Of a stretch of DNA of 45,343 nucleotides, positions 12,903-23,249 are shown piece after piece. This DNA is from Octopus bimaculoides. Taxonomy: Eukaryota. The translations under genes and the position numbers were made by a program. Location of the stretch: assembly GCF_001194135.2 (NCBI RefSeq), contig NC_068984.1, positions 88,991,477 through 89,036,819 of the forward strand, written 5' to 3'. The notes below the pieces were generated by a model. That model did no database searches, was not told the DNA's origin, and was given only the letters and a program-made list of their open reading frames with translations. The stretch's first letter is position 1, and the number at the start of each line of letters is the position of its first letter.

Positions 12903-14149
12903 TTCTCTCATAAAACCTCTGGTCGACACAAGGCTAAAATCAACCCGAGTCACTTACTTTAATATATGATCGTATCCGAAACCAAAACAACAGAATAGTT
13001 GCGAAGGAAAAAATTATGCTATACTGTCTATTAGATAAATTAAGGTGAATGGGGGTATTTACCGTCTTTCTTGAAAGAAAGATGAAAATCATATAGTGCA
13101 TTTAAACTCATGATCTATAAACTAACAATACTATAACTTATCCACACGATGATTTATCTTCTATAATTTGGTTACAAATTTAGTTAACATCTGTTGCTGT
13201 AGTGTGGTTTATAAACGTTGTTTACAAGATGGGACTACAAAATAGGAACTCAATAATTGAAAGATGTAATAAAATATTTCAGTCTAACAAAAATAAGATT
13301 GTTTTATTGTTATGTTTCTCTCCAGACATAAATATGTATCTCTAGTGCTTGGTAAATTCGGCTTATGTCCATAACATTGAAAATATATTTTGTTTAGTCT
13401 AGATGCGCGAGAATATTGGCTGATAGCCCACCAATGCTAAACCGTTCCGAGAAGTAAAACAAACGAACGACGGCGAGGGAAAATGAATATCTCTCTGAAT
13501 CTAACAATTGTAGAAAGATGGTATCATGTGGAAAGGGTAGATTATATCGATATAACAGCTGTAAGAGGAAGAATTAGCGAAGCTCAATGAAAGAAGATTA
13601 TTATAAGATGTAGGATAGGAGAAAATAAGTATAAGAATAAGGAGGGGATATATGGTAAGAGGCAGATCTGTGTAAGAAGGGTGAAAAAATGTGACTTCAT
13701 GAAAATAGGTGAAGAAATAAGTTCATCATGAGAAATTGAGGCATAGAAGATAAATTTTAAAATATTAAATATAAAAAGATATCTAAGAGAATGGAGAAAG
13801 AATTTATAAAGAACGGATTAACAAATGAATATGAAGAAACAACATGTGGAGCAGAGACCTTAATAAAACTCTGATAAAGCCAACAGACCACAACAGTTTC
13901 CGTCGAGGATTGAATTAGATTTCTCAAAATTTACCTGCAATTTTAAATCTGTTATGTTAGAAGTTTGCAAATTTTATATAAACTTCAAATTGGAACTGAA
14001 TCTCATTGTTTATATGACTGAGAATATAGAGGTCATGTTAATAGAGTTGTGGACAACCATCCGAGAACTTAGAAGTTCATAATCTTTCACTAATAATGTT
14101 GTGTCCATAGCCGTATATATAAATATATACATATATGTACGCATATATA

Positions 14150-14425
14150 TACATATGTGTGTGTGTGTGTGTGTGCATATATATGTGTATGAGTGTGTGG
14201 AGTTTGTGTGTGCGTGCGCGCGTGCGTGTGTGTTTGTTCACCCACAGCTCGACAATGGATGTTTGTTTACATACCTCGTAATTTAGTGGTCCGGTAAAAA
14301 GAGATCGATAGAATAAGTACCAGGCTTTAAAAAAAAAGTATTGGGTTGATTTGATCGACTAAATACTTCAAGGCGGGGTCCTAGCACGGCTGGAGTTTAA
14401 TGACTGAAATAAATAAAAGCTAAAT
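14150..14425 (+). mobile_element. SINE family C, 3' half with (GT)n
   Basis: Near-identical to 12771-12902, then continues into the family tail (AATGACTGAAATAAATAAAAG). Confidence 0.8.
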
Positions 14426-14429
14426 TATA

Positions 14430-14609
14430 NNNNNNNNNNNNNNNNNNNNNNNNNNNNNNNNNNNNNNNNNNNNNNNNNNNNNNNNNNNNNNNNNNNNNNN
14501 NNNNNNNNNNNNNNNNNNNNNNNNNNNNNNNNNNNNNNNNNNNNNNNNNNNNNNNNNNNNNNNNNNNNNNNNNNNNNNNNNNNNNNNNNNNNNNNNNNNN
14601 NNNNNNNNN
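14430..14609. other. Assembly gap (other gaps: 17251-17964, 22991-23249, 24855-25190, 36846-36885, 38053-38082)
   Basis: N runs, most flanked by simple repeats. Confidence 1.
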
Positions 14610-14622
14610 ATAGCTAGCTAGC

Positions 14623-14674
<52 letters not shown>

Positions 14675-14690
14675 GAGATAGATAGATAGA
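14610..14690. repeat. (AGCT)n(AGAT)n microsatellite
   Basis: Read directly. Confidence 0.95.
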
Positions 14691-15188
14691 TTAACACATG
14701 AAAAGCATTTAAGTAGCAGGTAAGTCGAAAAACGTTAACTATATTATGTAACTTTGTTTTCGATTTTGTTTCTAGTCGAGTACATCACTTTAAGGCGATG
14801 AGCTGGCACGTCGAACAAAAATGCTTAGCGGCATTTCTTCCAGCTCTTTATGTTCTGAGAGCAAATCCTACCGACACCCACTTTACTTTTCATTCTTCCG
14901 GAGCCAATAAAATAAATTACCAGTCAAATTTTGGAGGTCTATGGAACAGACTACCTTTACCTCTAAAATTGCTAGCCTTGTGCCAAAAAATGAAATTGTT
15001 TTGTATATATCCTCGTACATTTGTTGTCTTCTTGTCCTGTGTTACATTAATCCTACTGTCTTCTCCCTATACTGTTTTTCCTAAACTTTTCTTAGTAGAT
15101 TTTATTTTAAATCTTCTGGCACGCTGAAGCTTGCAATCTTGTTCTTAAAGTGCGCTTATTTGTCTATTGTCTCTATGTTTAATATTGG

Positions 15189-15370
15189 TTTCAAATATTG
15201 GCACAAGGCCAGCAATTTTGAAGGAGAGGATAAGTCAATTATATTGACCCCTGTGATCAACAGATAATTATTTTATGACCCCCGAAAGGGTGAAGGGCAA
15301 AGTCAACCTCAACGAAATTTGAACTCAGAACGTAAAAACGGACGAAATGCTGCTAAGCATTTTTCTCGGC
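15189..15370 (-). mobile_element. SINE family A, head slightly truncated
   Basis: TTTCAAATATTGGCACAAGGCCAGCAATTT ... TTTGAACTCAGAACGTAAA on the plus strand. Confidence 0.85.
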
Positions 15371-15407
15371 ACCCCTATATTCAATGTTAATATGGAAATA
15401 TAAATAT

Positions 15408-15616
15408 GGCTGCGAGCTGATGGGGTCGTTAGCACACCGGGAAAAATGCTTAGCAGCATTTCGCTCGTACTTTCGTTCTGGGTTCAAATGCCGCCGCAGT
15501 TGACTTTGCCTTTCATCCCTTTCGGGCTCGGTAAAATAAGCAGCAGTTGCGCACTGGGGTTGATTTAATCGACTCAGCCCCTCCCTCGAAATTGCTGGCC
15601 TTGTGCCAAAATTGAA
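15408..15616 (+). mobile_element. SINE family A
   Basis: GGCTGCGAGCTG ... GGGTTCAAATGCC ... AAATTGCTGGCCTTGTGCCAAAATTG. Confidence 0.85.
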
Positions 15617-15689
15617 TCCAATATGAAAATTATACACCCACATACACCCATACACACACATACACGCGTTTTCGGCATGATAAATCGCT

Positions 15690-15862
15690 AGCTACTAAAC
15701 CTTTTTCTATTTTCTGCCCCTGTTTATTTCTGTGTTCCTTTCTGTCGAAGAGCATAAGCTCGAAATGTAAAAGACTTTCTCACTTCACGAGCGTTAAACT
15801 AATACATCTGTTTGTTACTTACACACCCGTCTTTGACTTTTTTTATTTTGCAAATTCTCACT
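15690..15862 (+). mobile_element. Interspersed repeat carrying a hammerhead-like motif; probable Penelope-like terminal repeat fragment
   Basis: Closely matches 18263-18430; ends in (TACA)n. Penelope assignment is inferred from the hammerhead-like motif. Confidence 0.6.
15738..15773 (+). ncRNA. Minimal type I hammerhead-like motif, variant core
   Basis: CTTT | CTGTCGAA | GAGC ATAA GCTC | GAAA TGTA | AAAG. Confidence 0.5.
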
Positions 15863-15895
15863 ATACATACATACATACATACATACATACATACA

Positions 15896-15931
<36 letters not shown>

Positions 15932-17034
15932 TATATATGTATATAAACCTAAATATCTTAGATATGTGTGGGCCAAAGGTTAGCCCAGGCCATGTCTAAC
16001 TTACTAGGACAGGATCTGTTAAGTTATTTTAAAGTTAAGTTTTGTGGTATCATGGTTCATGGAAGCAGGGAGTTGTTGCTGACTGAGATATATCCGGGTA
16101 CAGGTGGTTTATCTGGTACCCCTTAAACACACACATACACACACACACACACTATATTTGAACCAATTTTTCTTGATACTGTGAAAATTTAGTATTCTGT
16201 GAAAGTATGGGTTTATGAAAGAAAATCTTTACGCTGTATGTATGCTTGTAGCCAGCAGTATATTTCTCAGGATAAGTTTGAAAAGTTATCCAGTAACTTG
16301 GTTTCGATTTTGTATCTGTTGCTACGCTTACGATTTGTATTGATATCGCTAAATAAATCATTATAGATTTATATAGTCTTAAAAATATATACTGGGGGAA
16401 AAAAACCTTATCCTAATCCTGTTTTGATCGTTTTCAAGTGTTTCATGACTTAAAATAAATCCTATCTCGTTCATATAATACAATTACAATTCTTAACTTT
16501 CATCTGGATTTACAGGAAACTACATAAAATTCTAATTATCACCGAGGACTGTAAATGCAGTGTATAAAACTTTAGTTTGGAGATAATCGTACTGAGAATA
16601 ATGTTCTCTACTTAGCTTTGAAGAAAGATCATTAAGAGTATTTATTCTACATTTATAAATCCTTTAATACCTTTCACGAGAACATCGATAGCTATCTTCT
16701 TACCTAGGCTACGGAGCTCAAATAAGGAATGTCTGTGTCTAATCAGGCAAGATACAACCGCCGGACAGATAAGTTACTGAATTCTTGATTAATGTTTAAT
16801 GAGATGTGTGAATCTATTATATTCAAGAAACAGATGGGGTTGGAATGTGACGGGGGAGGGAATTGTGTCAAGTCAAAGAAATTCTTAAAAGTAAGTCTCT
16901 GTGATCCAAGTCCATAAGTCAGTAGCTTCCCTGGGGTCGCCATTTCATCTTACGTTGTTAATGTTTTGGAGTAAAATATGAACGTCGTACAATATTTCTT
17001 GCTTCACAGAAAGCCCAAAGTTGCTGATATGAAC

Positions 17035-17035
<1 letters not shown>

Positions 17036-17085
<50 letters not shown>

Positions 17086-17115
17086 ACATCAACATCATCA
17101 CCATCATCACCATCA
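17036..17115. repeat. (CAT)n microsatellite
   Basis: Read directly. Confidence 0.95.
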
Positions 17116-17979
17116 GTTGCAGTCGGAGTGACAGCATAGTTTGCAAGTTTGCAATTCTATTTTAAAGCTATTTTTACAAACGGCATCATTAGACGAAGAA
17201 TAGATACCTACAAAAGATGAAGCAAGAGAAAGGCAGAGAGACACACAGAGNNNNNNNNNNNNNNNNNNNNNNNNNNNNNNNNNNNNNNNNNNNNNNNNNN
17301 NNNNNNNNNNNNNNNNNNNNNNNNNNNNNNNNNNNNNNNNNNNNNNNNNNNNNNNNNNNNNNNNNNNNNNNNNNNNNNNNNNNNNNNNNNNNNNNNNNNN
17401 NNNNNNNNNNNNNNNNNNNNNNNNNNNNNNNNNNNNNNNNNNNNNNNNNNNNNNNNNNNNNNNNNNNNNNNNNNNNNNNNNNNNNNNNNNNNNNNNNNNN
17501 NNNNNNNNNNNNNNNNNNNNNNNNNNNNNNNNNNNNNNNNNNNNNNNNNNNNNNNNNNNNNNNNNNNNNNNNNNNNNNNNNNNNNNNNNNNNNNNNNNNN
17601 NNNNNNNNNNNNNNNNNNNNNNNNNNNNNNNNNNNNNNNNNNNNNNNNNNNNNNNNNNNNNNNNNNNNNNNNNNNNNNNNNNNNNNNNNNNNNNNNNNNN
17701 NNNNNNNNNNNNNNNNNNNNNNNNNNNNNNNNNNNNNNNNNNNNNNNNNNNNNNNNNNNNNNNNNNNNNNNNNNNNNNNNNNNNNNNNNNNNNNNNNNNN
17801 NNNNNNNNNNNNNNNNNNNNNNNNNNNNNNNNNNNNNNNNNNNNNNNNNNNNNNNNNNNNNNNNNNNNNNNNNNNNNNNNNNNNNNNNNNNNNNNNNNNN
17901 NNNNNNNNNNNNNNNNNNNNNNNNNNNNNNNNNNNNNNNNNNNNNNNNNNNNNNNNNNNNNNNNTATATATGGGAGAAT

Positions 17980-18135
17980 ATACGAAAAAACAACAACAGA
18001 CGAGGACAGGTGGTGTAAATAACAAAAGGATGTATTAGTATGACGCTCGGGAATACGGAAAGTCTTTGACGTTTCGAGCTACGCTCTTCAACAGAAAGAA
18101 TACGGAGACAAGGAGAAAAACACGGAGAAAAAAAA
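17980..18135 (-). mobile_element. Inverted, diverged copy of the hammerhead-carrying repeat
   Basis: Reverse complement aligns with 15690-15862 (GAAGAGCGTAGCTCGAAACGTCAAAGACTTTC ... CGAGCGTCATACTAATACATC). Confidence 0.6.
18063..18099 (-). ncRNA. Minimal type I hammerhead-like motif with GUC cleavage triplet
   Basis: Minus strand: TCTTT | CTGTTGAA | GAGC GTA GCTC | GAAA CGTC | AAAGA; perfect 5-bp stem I and 4-bp stem II. Confidence 0.55.
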
Positions 18136-18169
18136 TTGAATAGTGTCCAGTCAACGGTCAATCATATAT

Positions 18170-18600
18170 GTTCTTATGTTTGTGTTTGTTTACAATCCCG
18201 TTATCTAGCGGTTCGGCAAAAGAGATTACTAGACTTACAAAGAATAACTCCTGGGGTAGATTTGTTTCTATTTTCTATTTTCTCTCCTTGTTTATTTCTG
18301 TGTTCCTTTCTGTCGAAGAGCGTAGGCTCGAAATGTAAAAGACTTTCTCACTTCCCGAGCGTTAGACTAACACATCTGTTTGTTGCTTACACACCCGTCT
18401 TCGTCTTTTTTATTTTGTAAATTTTCATTATACATACATACATACATACATACATACATACATACGTACATACGTGCAAACATACATACATACATACATA
18501 CATATATACATACATACGTACATACGTATATATATATATATATATATATATATGCATGGCCGCAGTCAAATGACTGAAACAAATAAAAAATAAAAGAATA
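18170..18600 (+). mobile_element. SINE family C 3' half (18170-18262 and 18555-18600) split by an inserted repeat and microsatellite
   Basis: TAGCGGTTCGGCAAAAGAG ... CTGGGGTAGATTTG, resuming at GCATGGCCGCAGTCAAATGACTGAAACAA. Confidence 0.7.
18306..18341 (+). ncRNA. Minimal type I hammerhead-like motif within repeat 18263-18430
   Basis: CTTT | CTGTCGAA | GAGC GTAG GCTC | GAAA TGTA | AAAG. Confidence 0.5.
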
Positions 18601-18672
18601 TACACTTATGTAGACACAATTATACAAACATATCACCCAACATATTTCCTAAGTTTGCATGAGAAAGATACA

Positions 18673-18673
<1 letters not shown>

Positions 18674-18733
<60 letters not shown>

Positions 18734-18752
18734 TGTAGTAGTAGTAGTAGTA
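18674..18752. repeat. (AGT)n microsatellite
   Basis: Read directly. Confidence 0.95.
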
Positions 18753-18940
18753 TAGGTAATTGCTTGTGGTGCATTTTCTGAATGCACAGCAATATGTTGC
18801 AAGCACTCCTGATAACTCGCACCCAACTGTAAACTTTGAAAGTTCCCCCAAAGATGACAGTATCCGGCTGTGGAAGATCAAAGAGACGGTATACTCAATA
18901 AAGATTGATCTCATTAGTGGAATGTCGAAACTAATAGAAG

Positions 18941-18941
<1 letters not shown>

Positions 18942-18987
<46 letters not shown>

Positions 18988-19110
18988 AATATAGATAGCA
19001 CTGCCATCACTACGACGACGATGACGAAGAAGAAGAAGAAGAAGAAGAAGAAGAAGAAGAAGAAGAAGAAGAAGAAGAAGAAGAAGAAGAAGAAGAAGAA
19101 GAAGAAGAAA
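18942..19110. repeat. (AAAG)n and (GAA)n microsatellites
   Basis: Read directly; source of the poly-K ORF 18760..19119. Confidence 0.95.
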
Positions 19111-20070
19111 AGGGCGTAAAAATAGTTTTTTTCTTTTTTTTCTTTTTACCTGAATCGATTCTTTTCATCTTGAATCTGTGTTACTGGATAAAGTATGACA
19201 AGGTGTAGGGGCGGAAATGCACTAAGCAGGATAACACCCGCAGATATTTCTTCGGGCTGAATCAGCGCTGACTTCATAATATTTTTGTTGTGGTTGATGT
19301 TTATTAGTGCCAGGTCAGCACTGAAAGAGCAGACCTATTATCAAATGCATTTAAACCGCAATCTAGTGAGATGCCATGACGGAAATATGACTGCTTTTTC
19401 TAGTAGGTTGATTGGCCTAGTATAGGCTCCCTTTCAGCGTGTCTTAGTAATTCATTCTCGAAACAATTTTATTTTTCTACGGCAACGACTGTACTTTCTT
19501 GTACTTTTACTTAATGATTCTTGTATCATTACTTCTGCAATCCCTGTAAAGTGTATAATTCACTGATAAAGTCATAATAAGATCAAAACAGATTTCCCCG
19601 TACTTGCAAAAATAATTAAAATTATATAAATCAATATCCAATGGATTTTTCAGTGAAATAACCAGAAGTAACATGTGAAAGCAATGAAGGTTAAAAATAA
19701 AATAGAAAGAATGGTAACGAGGACAACATACTAGGAAAGAAGTGTCAGTAAATTTCATATCATTTCATTTTCATATTTTCAGGTGATATATTAAGTGTTG
19801 TGGATATAGCAGCTGAAATAGCACACCACTTCAAGGCAATATTTCCAGCAACTAAAACCACAGAGAAAATTATTCCGTGACTTCGACATTTCGAGAAAGC
19901 GATGTCCTGTTAACGTTATATCTGGTACGAACACATATGAAGTAGTAAGTTCAACAATCATGACTACATATCCACGAATCTTCTTTGCTTTATAAAAGAC
20001 TGTTACATGTAATCTTTCGTGTTTATTGAGAATTATATTACAACAAATCAGGCGTGATTGCGTCGTAAGA

Positions 20071-20478
20071 AGGCGCAGGCGCGGCTCTGTGGTAAGAAGC
20101 TTGCTTCTCAACCACATTGTTTCGGGTTCAGTCCCACTGCATGACACATTTAGGCAAGTGTCTTCAATTATAGCCTCGAGTGGATTTGGTAGACGGAAAC
20201 TGAAAGAAGCCTGTCGTATATATATATATATATGTATATATTTATACGTGTGTCTCTGTGTCTGTGTTTGTCTTTCCGTCATCGTTTGGCAACCGATGTT
20301 GGTGTGTTTACGCCTCCATAACTAAGCAGTTTGACAAAAGAGACCGATAGGATAAGTACTAGGCTTACAAAGAATAGAATAAGTCCTGAAGTCTATTTCT
20401 TCGACTAAAAATACCTTTTAAGGTGGTGCTCCCGCATGGCCGCTGTCAAAGGACTGAAACAAGTAAAAGAAAAAAAAA
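20071..20478 (+). mobile_element. tRNA-derived SINE, family C, full length with internal (TA)/(TG) microsatellite
   Basis: AGGCGCAGGCGCGGCTCTGTGGTAAG (A box), GGGTTCAGTCCC (B box), TAGGCAAGTGTCTTC core, tail GACTGAAACAAGTAAAAG. Confidence 0.9.
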
Positions 20479-20636
20479 TATTGTCAGTTGACAAAATGGC
20501 ACCTGTTTTACTCTGAAGAATGGTGAAGGATATCACGGAAAGAGTCATTTCATTTGGCAACGCTCCTTTCTGCACATACAATCTTTGCCCCTATCAAGGT
20601 GAGCAAGGAGGTGGTTCGCGGTCTAAGAGTTACTTT

Positions 20637-20720
20637 GGGATAACTACAGAGAATACTCCTGTTATTCAGCGCATACATAAGTATGTTTTCAATAACAGGA
20701 GCATTCTCTATATTCATTCC
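20637..20720 (-). ncRNA. Pre-miRNA-like hairpin, unassigned
   Basis: 18-nt arms 20649-20666 and 20691-20708 (17/18 complementary; the mismatch becomes G-U on the minus strand), inner CATAC/GTATG stem with a 4-nt loop, and an outer 12-nt extension with 10/12 paired on the minus strand. Confidence 0.35.
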
Positions 20721-20911
20721 AGTGCAGATCTGCCGAAATAGAAAACATTACCTTTTTGAAGTAGCAGCTGCTCACTTTATATCTTCAATAAAAATGTAAC
20801 ACACATCTTAAAGTTTTTACTGTCTCTTTTGTTCATTCGGTAACTTGAAGCTATCTCCTGCTCTTAGACTGCAGAAACATAACTTTCGAAATGTGAAATG
20901 ATGTAAAAATA

Positions 20912-21119
20912 TCTTTTATCTTTTCCTTTGCTTGATTCAATCATTAGACTGTGGTGATCATGCTGGGGTACCGGGTTGAAGAATTATTAGTCGACTGTAT
21001 CGACCCCAGTACTTATTTTTCTTAAAGCCTGGTAATTATTCTATCGATTACTTTTGCCGAACCGTCAAGTTACACTATCAACGGTCGTCGAGCAGTAGTG
21101 GACAAACACAGACACAAAG

Positions 21120-21203
<84 letters not shown>

Positions 21204-21375
21204 ATACACATACGACACCAGCTTTTTTCAGTTTCTGGTCTACCAAATCCACTCACAAGGTTTTGGTTGGCACCAGGCTATTGTAGAAGACACTTGCCCG
21301 AAGTGCCATGATGTGAGACTGAACCCTGAACTATGTGTTTGGGAAGCTAAATTCTTACCATTCCTGCGGTATGCA
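20912..21375 (-). mobile_element. SINE family C, near full length with expanded (CA)n
   Basis: Reverse complement of family C blocks: ACCAAATCCACTCACAAGG, TAGAAGACACTTGCCC, GACTGAACCC. Confidence 0.85.
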
Positions 21376-21797
21376 TAACTTATTTTTTGTTGGTTTTGGT
21401 TTTTCTAATCCAGAAATTCTGGAGCTGTATGGACGATCAACACTACCAGCTCACATGATCTTGTTCTCTACATTTCTGATCACTCGGCTAATGTATTTAT
21501 TTTTGTGTCTGTTGTCGATTAGATGTTGCTTAAGAGATATCACACGAAGTTCAATGTCTGTCTCTCTGACAGATTTTAATACCCTTTTCCCGCTCTTTTC
21601 TCTGACAAAAACAACACCACCGCTTCTATAGAAACTTTCATCTGATGTCAAGATATCTATGGAACGAAATTCCTCTATAGACCAGACCAGTAAACCAAAC
21701 GTAGTATCAACGGGGATACTGCAAATGCATTGTGAAATATTATCTTGCAAGCTCCGACTGTCATATTTATTGCAAGTTAAATATTCTTTGGTCACAA

Positions 21798-21824
21798 GTA
21801 TGTATGTATGTATGTATGTGCGTG

Positions 21825-21912
<88 letters not shown>

Positions 21913-21923
21913 TGTGTGTGTGT
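21798..21923. repeat. (TATG)n(TG)n microsatellite
   Basis: Read directly. Confidence 0.95.
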
Positions 21924-22038
21924 TTCGTCAATATATATTGGCGAAAGATATAAACAACAAGGAAACGGAAAACCAGTGTTTTCCAAAATATCCTACATGA
22001 TATTTGTTCTATCTTTGGTTAGTTGAAAAACCTGTAAC

Positions 22039-22289
22039 TAGGGCCGGTTTTAAATCAATTAGATAGATTTGTTCAAACTGGGCCCCGCACACAGGCTCGA
22101 GCAGAGGATGCTATGATGGGTTTTTAGCGTATCATTGTGGCTAACGGTGGAATCTCAAGCCCTCAACGCTTTTTGGCTGGGACTGGCCTATTACACGAAG
22201 CATAAAACATCAATCTTCAGCGTTCGTAGAGTAGAGAGCCCCACTGACAATTCTCTGATTGTGCGTCACACTTCCGAGCGCCGGCTCTG
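22039..22289. mobile_element. 251-bp hAT-type MITE with a perfect 8-bp TSD
   Basis: TSD CCTGTAAC at 22031-22038 and 22290-22297; imperfect TIRs TAGGGCCGG / CCGGCTCTG; homologous to 35588-36140. Confidence 0.9.
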
Positions 22290-23249
22290 CCTGTAACCAT
22301 CTATGCTATTGTTCAAAAACTGCCAAGAAAGAAAATATGAAACGTAGTTGTCTTACATTTCTTCTGATATTTATCGTTTACTGGTATTTGCTCATCAGTG
22401 TCTATAACATTAGTATAATGAGAGAAATCTTTGTGGAAGTACGTAGTCTATTTATATGTCTCCCCCCAAATTATAACTTGCCTTGTGCTTTACTTTATCG
22501 ACCTCGAATGGATGAAAGTTAAAGGTAACTCCAGCGAGATTTGTTATTGGGTCACATCTACAGTGATGGATTGATCTCAGGTGTTTGAGCGACGGACAAA
22601 ATGTTTGTAGTAAACACTTTTTTACTACGGAACGAAATCTTCTCCCTTTCTTGTTCTTGTTCACTCACCCCATAACACTGCTCCCTGTCTCCTCACCTTC
22701 CTCTATATCTACTATTCGTATCTTTTCTACAGCTAATATCCCAACTTAATCCACGCAACAATTTAGCCTTTTTACGTTTATTTTTGTATCTCTTTTCGTT
22801 TTTCCTGTATATATCTGAGATATCATTCAGACAGGTTCTGTAGATAGAAAGTTCTTAAATTCCATCAACTTACCCAGAAAGGAACTTACAACTATACATG
22901 TATCAACACGGCTCTAATGGCATGTCGGAGAGATGAAAAATATACAAAAGGTAATACACACACACATACACACACACACACACACACACANNNNNNNNNN
23001 NNNNNNNNNNNNNNNNNNNNNNNNNNNNNNNNNNNNNNNNNNNNNNNNNNNNNNNNNNNNNNNNNNNNNNNNNNNNNNNNNNNNNNNNNNNNNNNNNNNN
23101 NNNNNNNNNNNNNNNNNNNNNNNNNNNNNNNNNNNNNNNNNNNNNNNNNNNNNNNNNNNNNNNNNNNNNNNNNNNNNNNNNNNNNNNNNNNNNNNNNNNN
23201 NNNNNNNNNNNNNNNNNNNNNNNNNNNNNNNNNNNNNNNNNNNNNNNNN

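Noticed and set aside
16792-16890. Strong donor AAA|GTAAGT after a short open frame (MFNEMCESIIF...)
   Set aside because: No good acceptor, no homology and no compatible downstream exon identified.
17189-18161. Long ORFs of 270-317 aa, and similar ones at 22892-23300 and 24715-25651
   Set aside because: They are open only because they run through N gaps.
21451-21795. 114-aa minus-strand ORF in non-repetitive DNA with a possible acceptor at 21719
   Set aside because: No recognisable domain and a weak polypyrimidine tract. A rough estimate gives a few stop-free runs of this length by chance across six frames of 45 kb.
21659-22026. CVCV/HTHT/YIYI-type ORFs here and throughout the window
   Set aside because: Translations of microsatellites.
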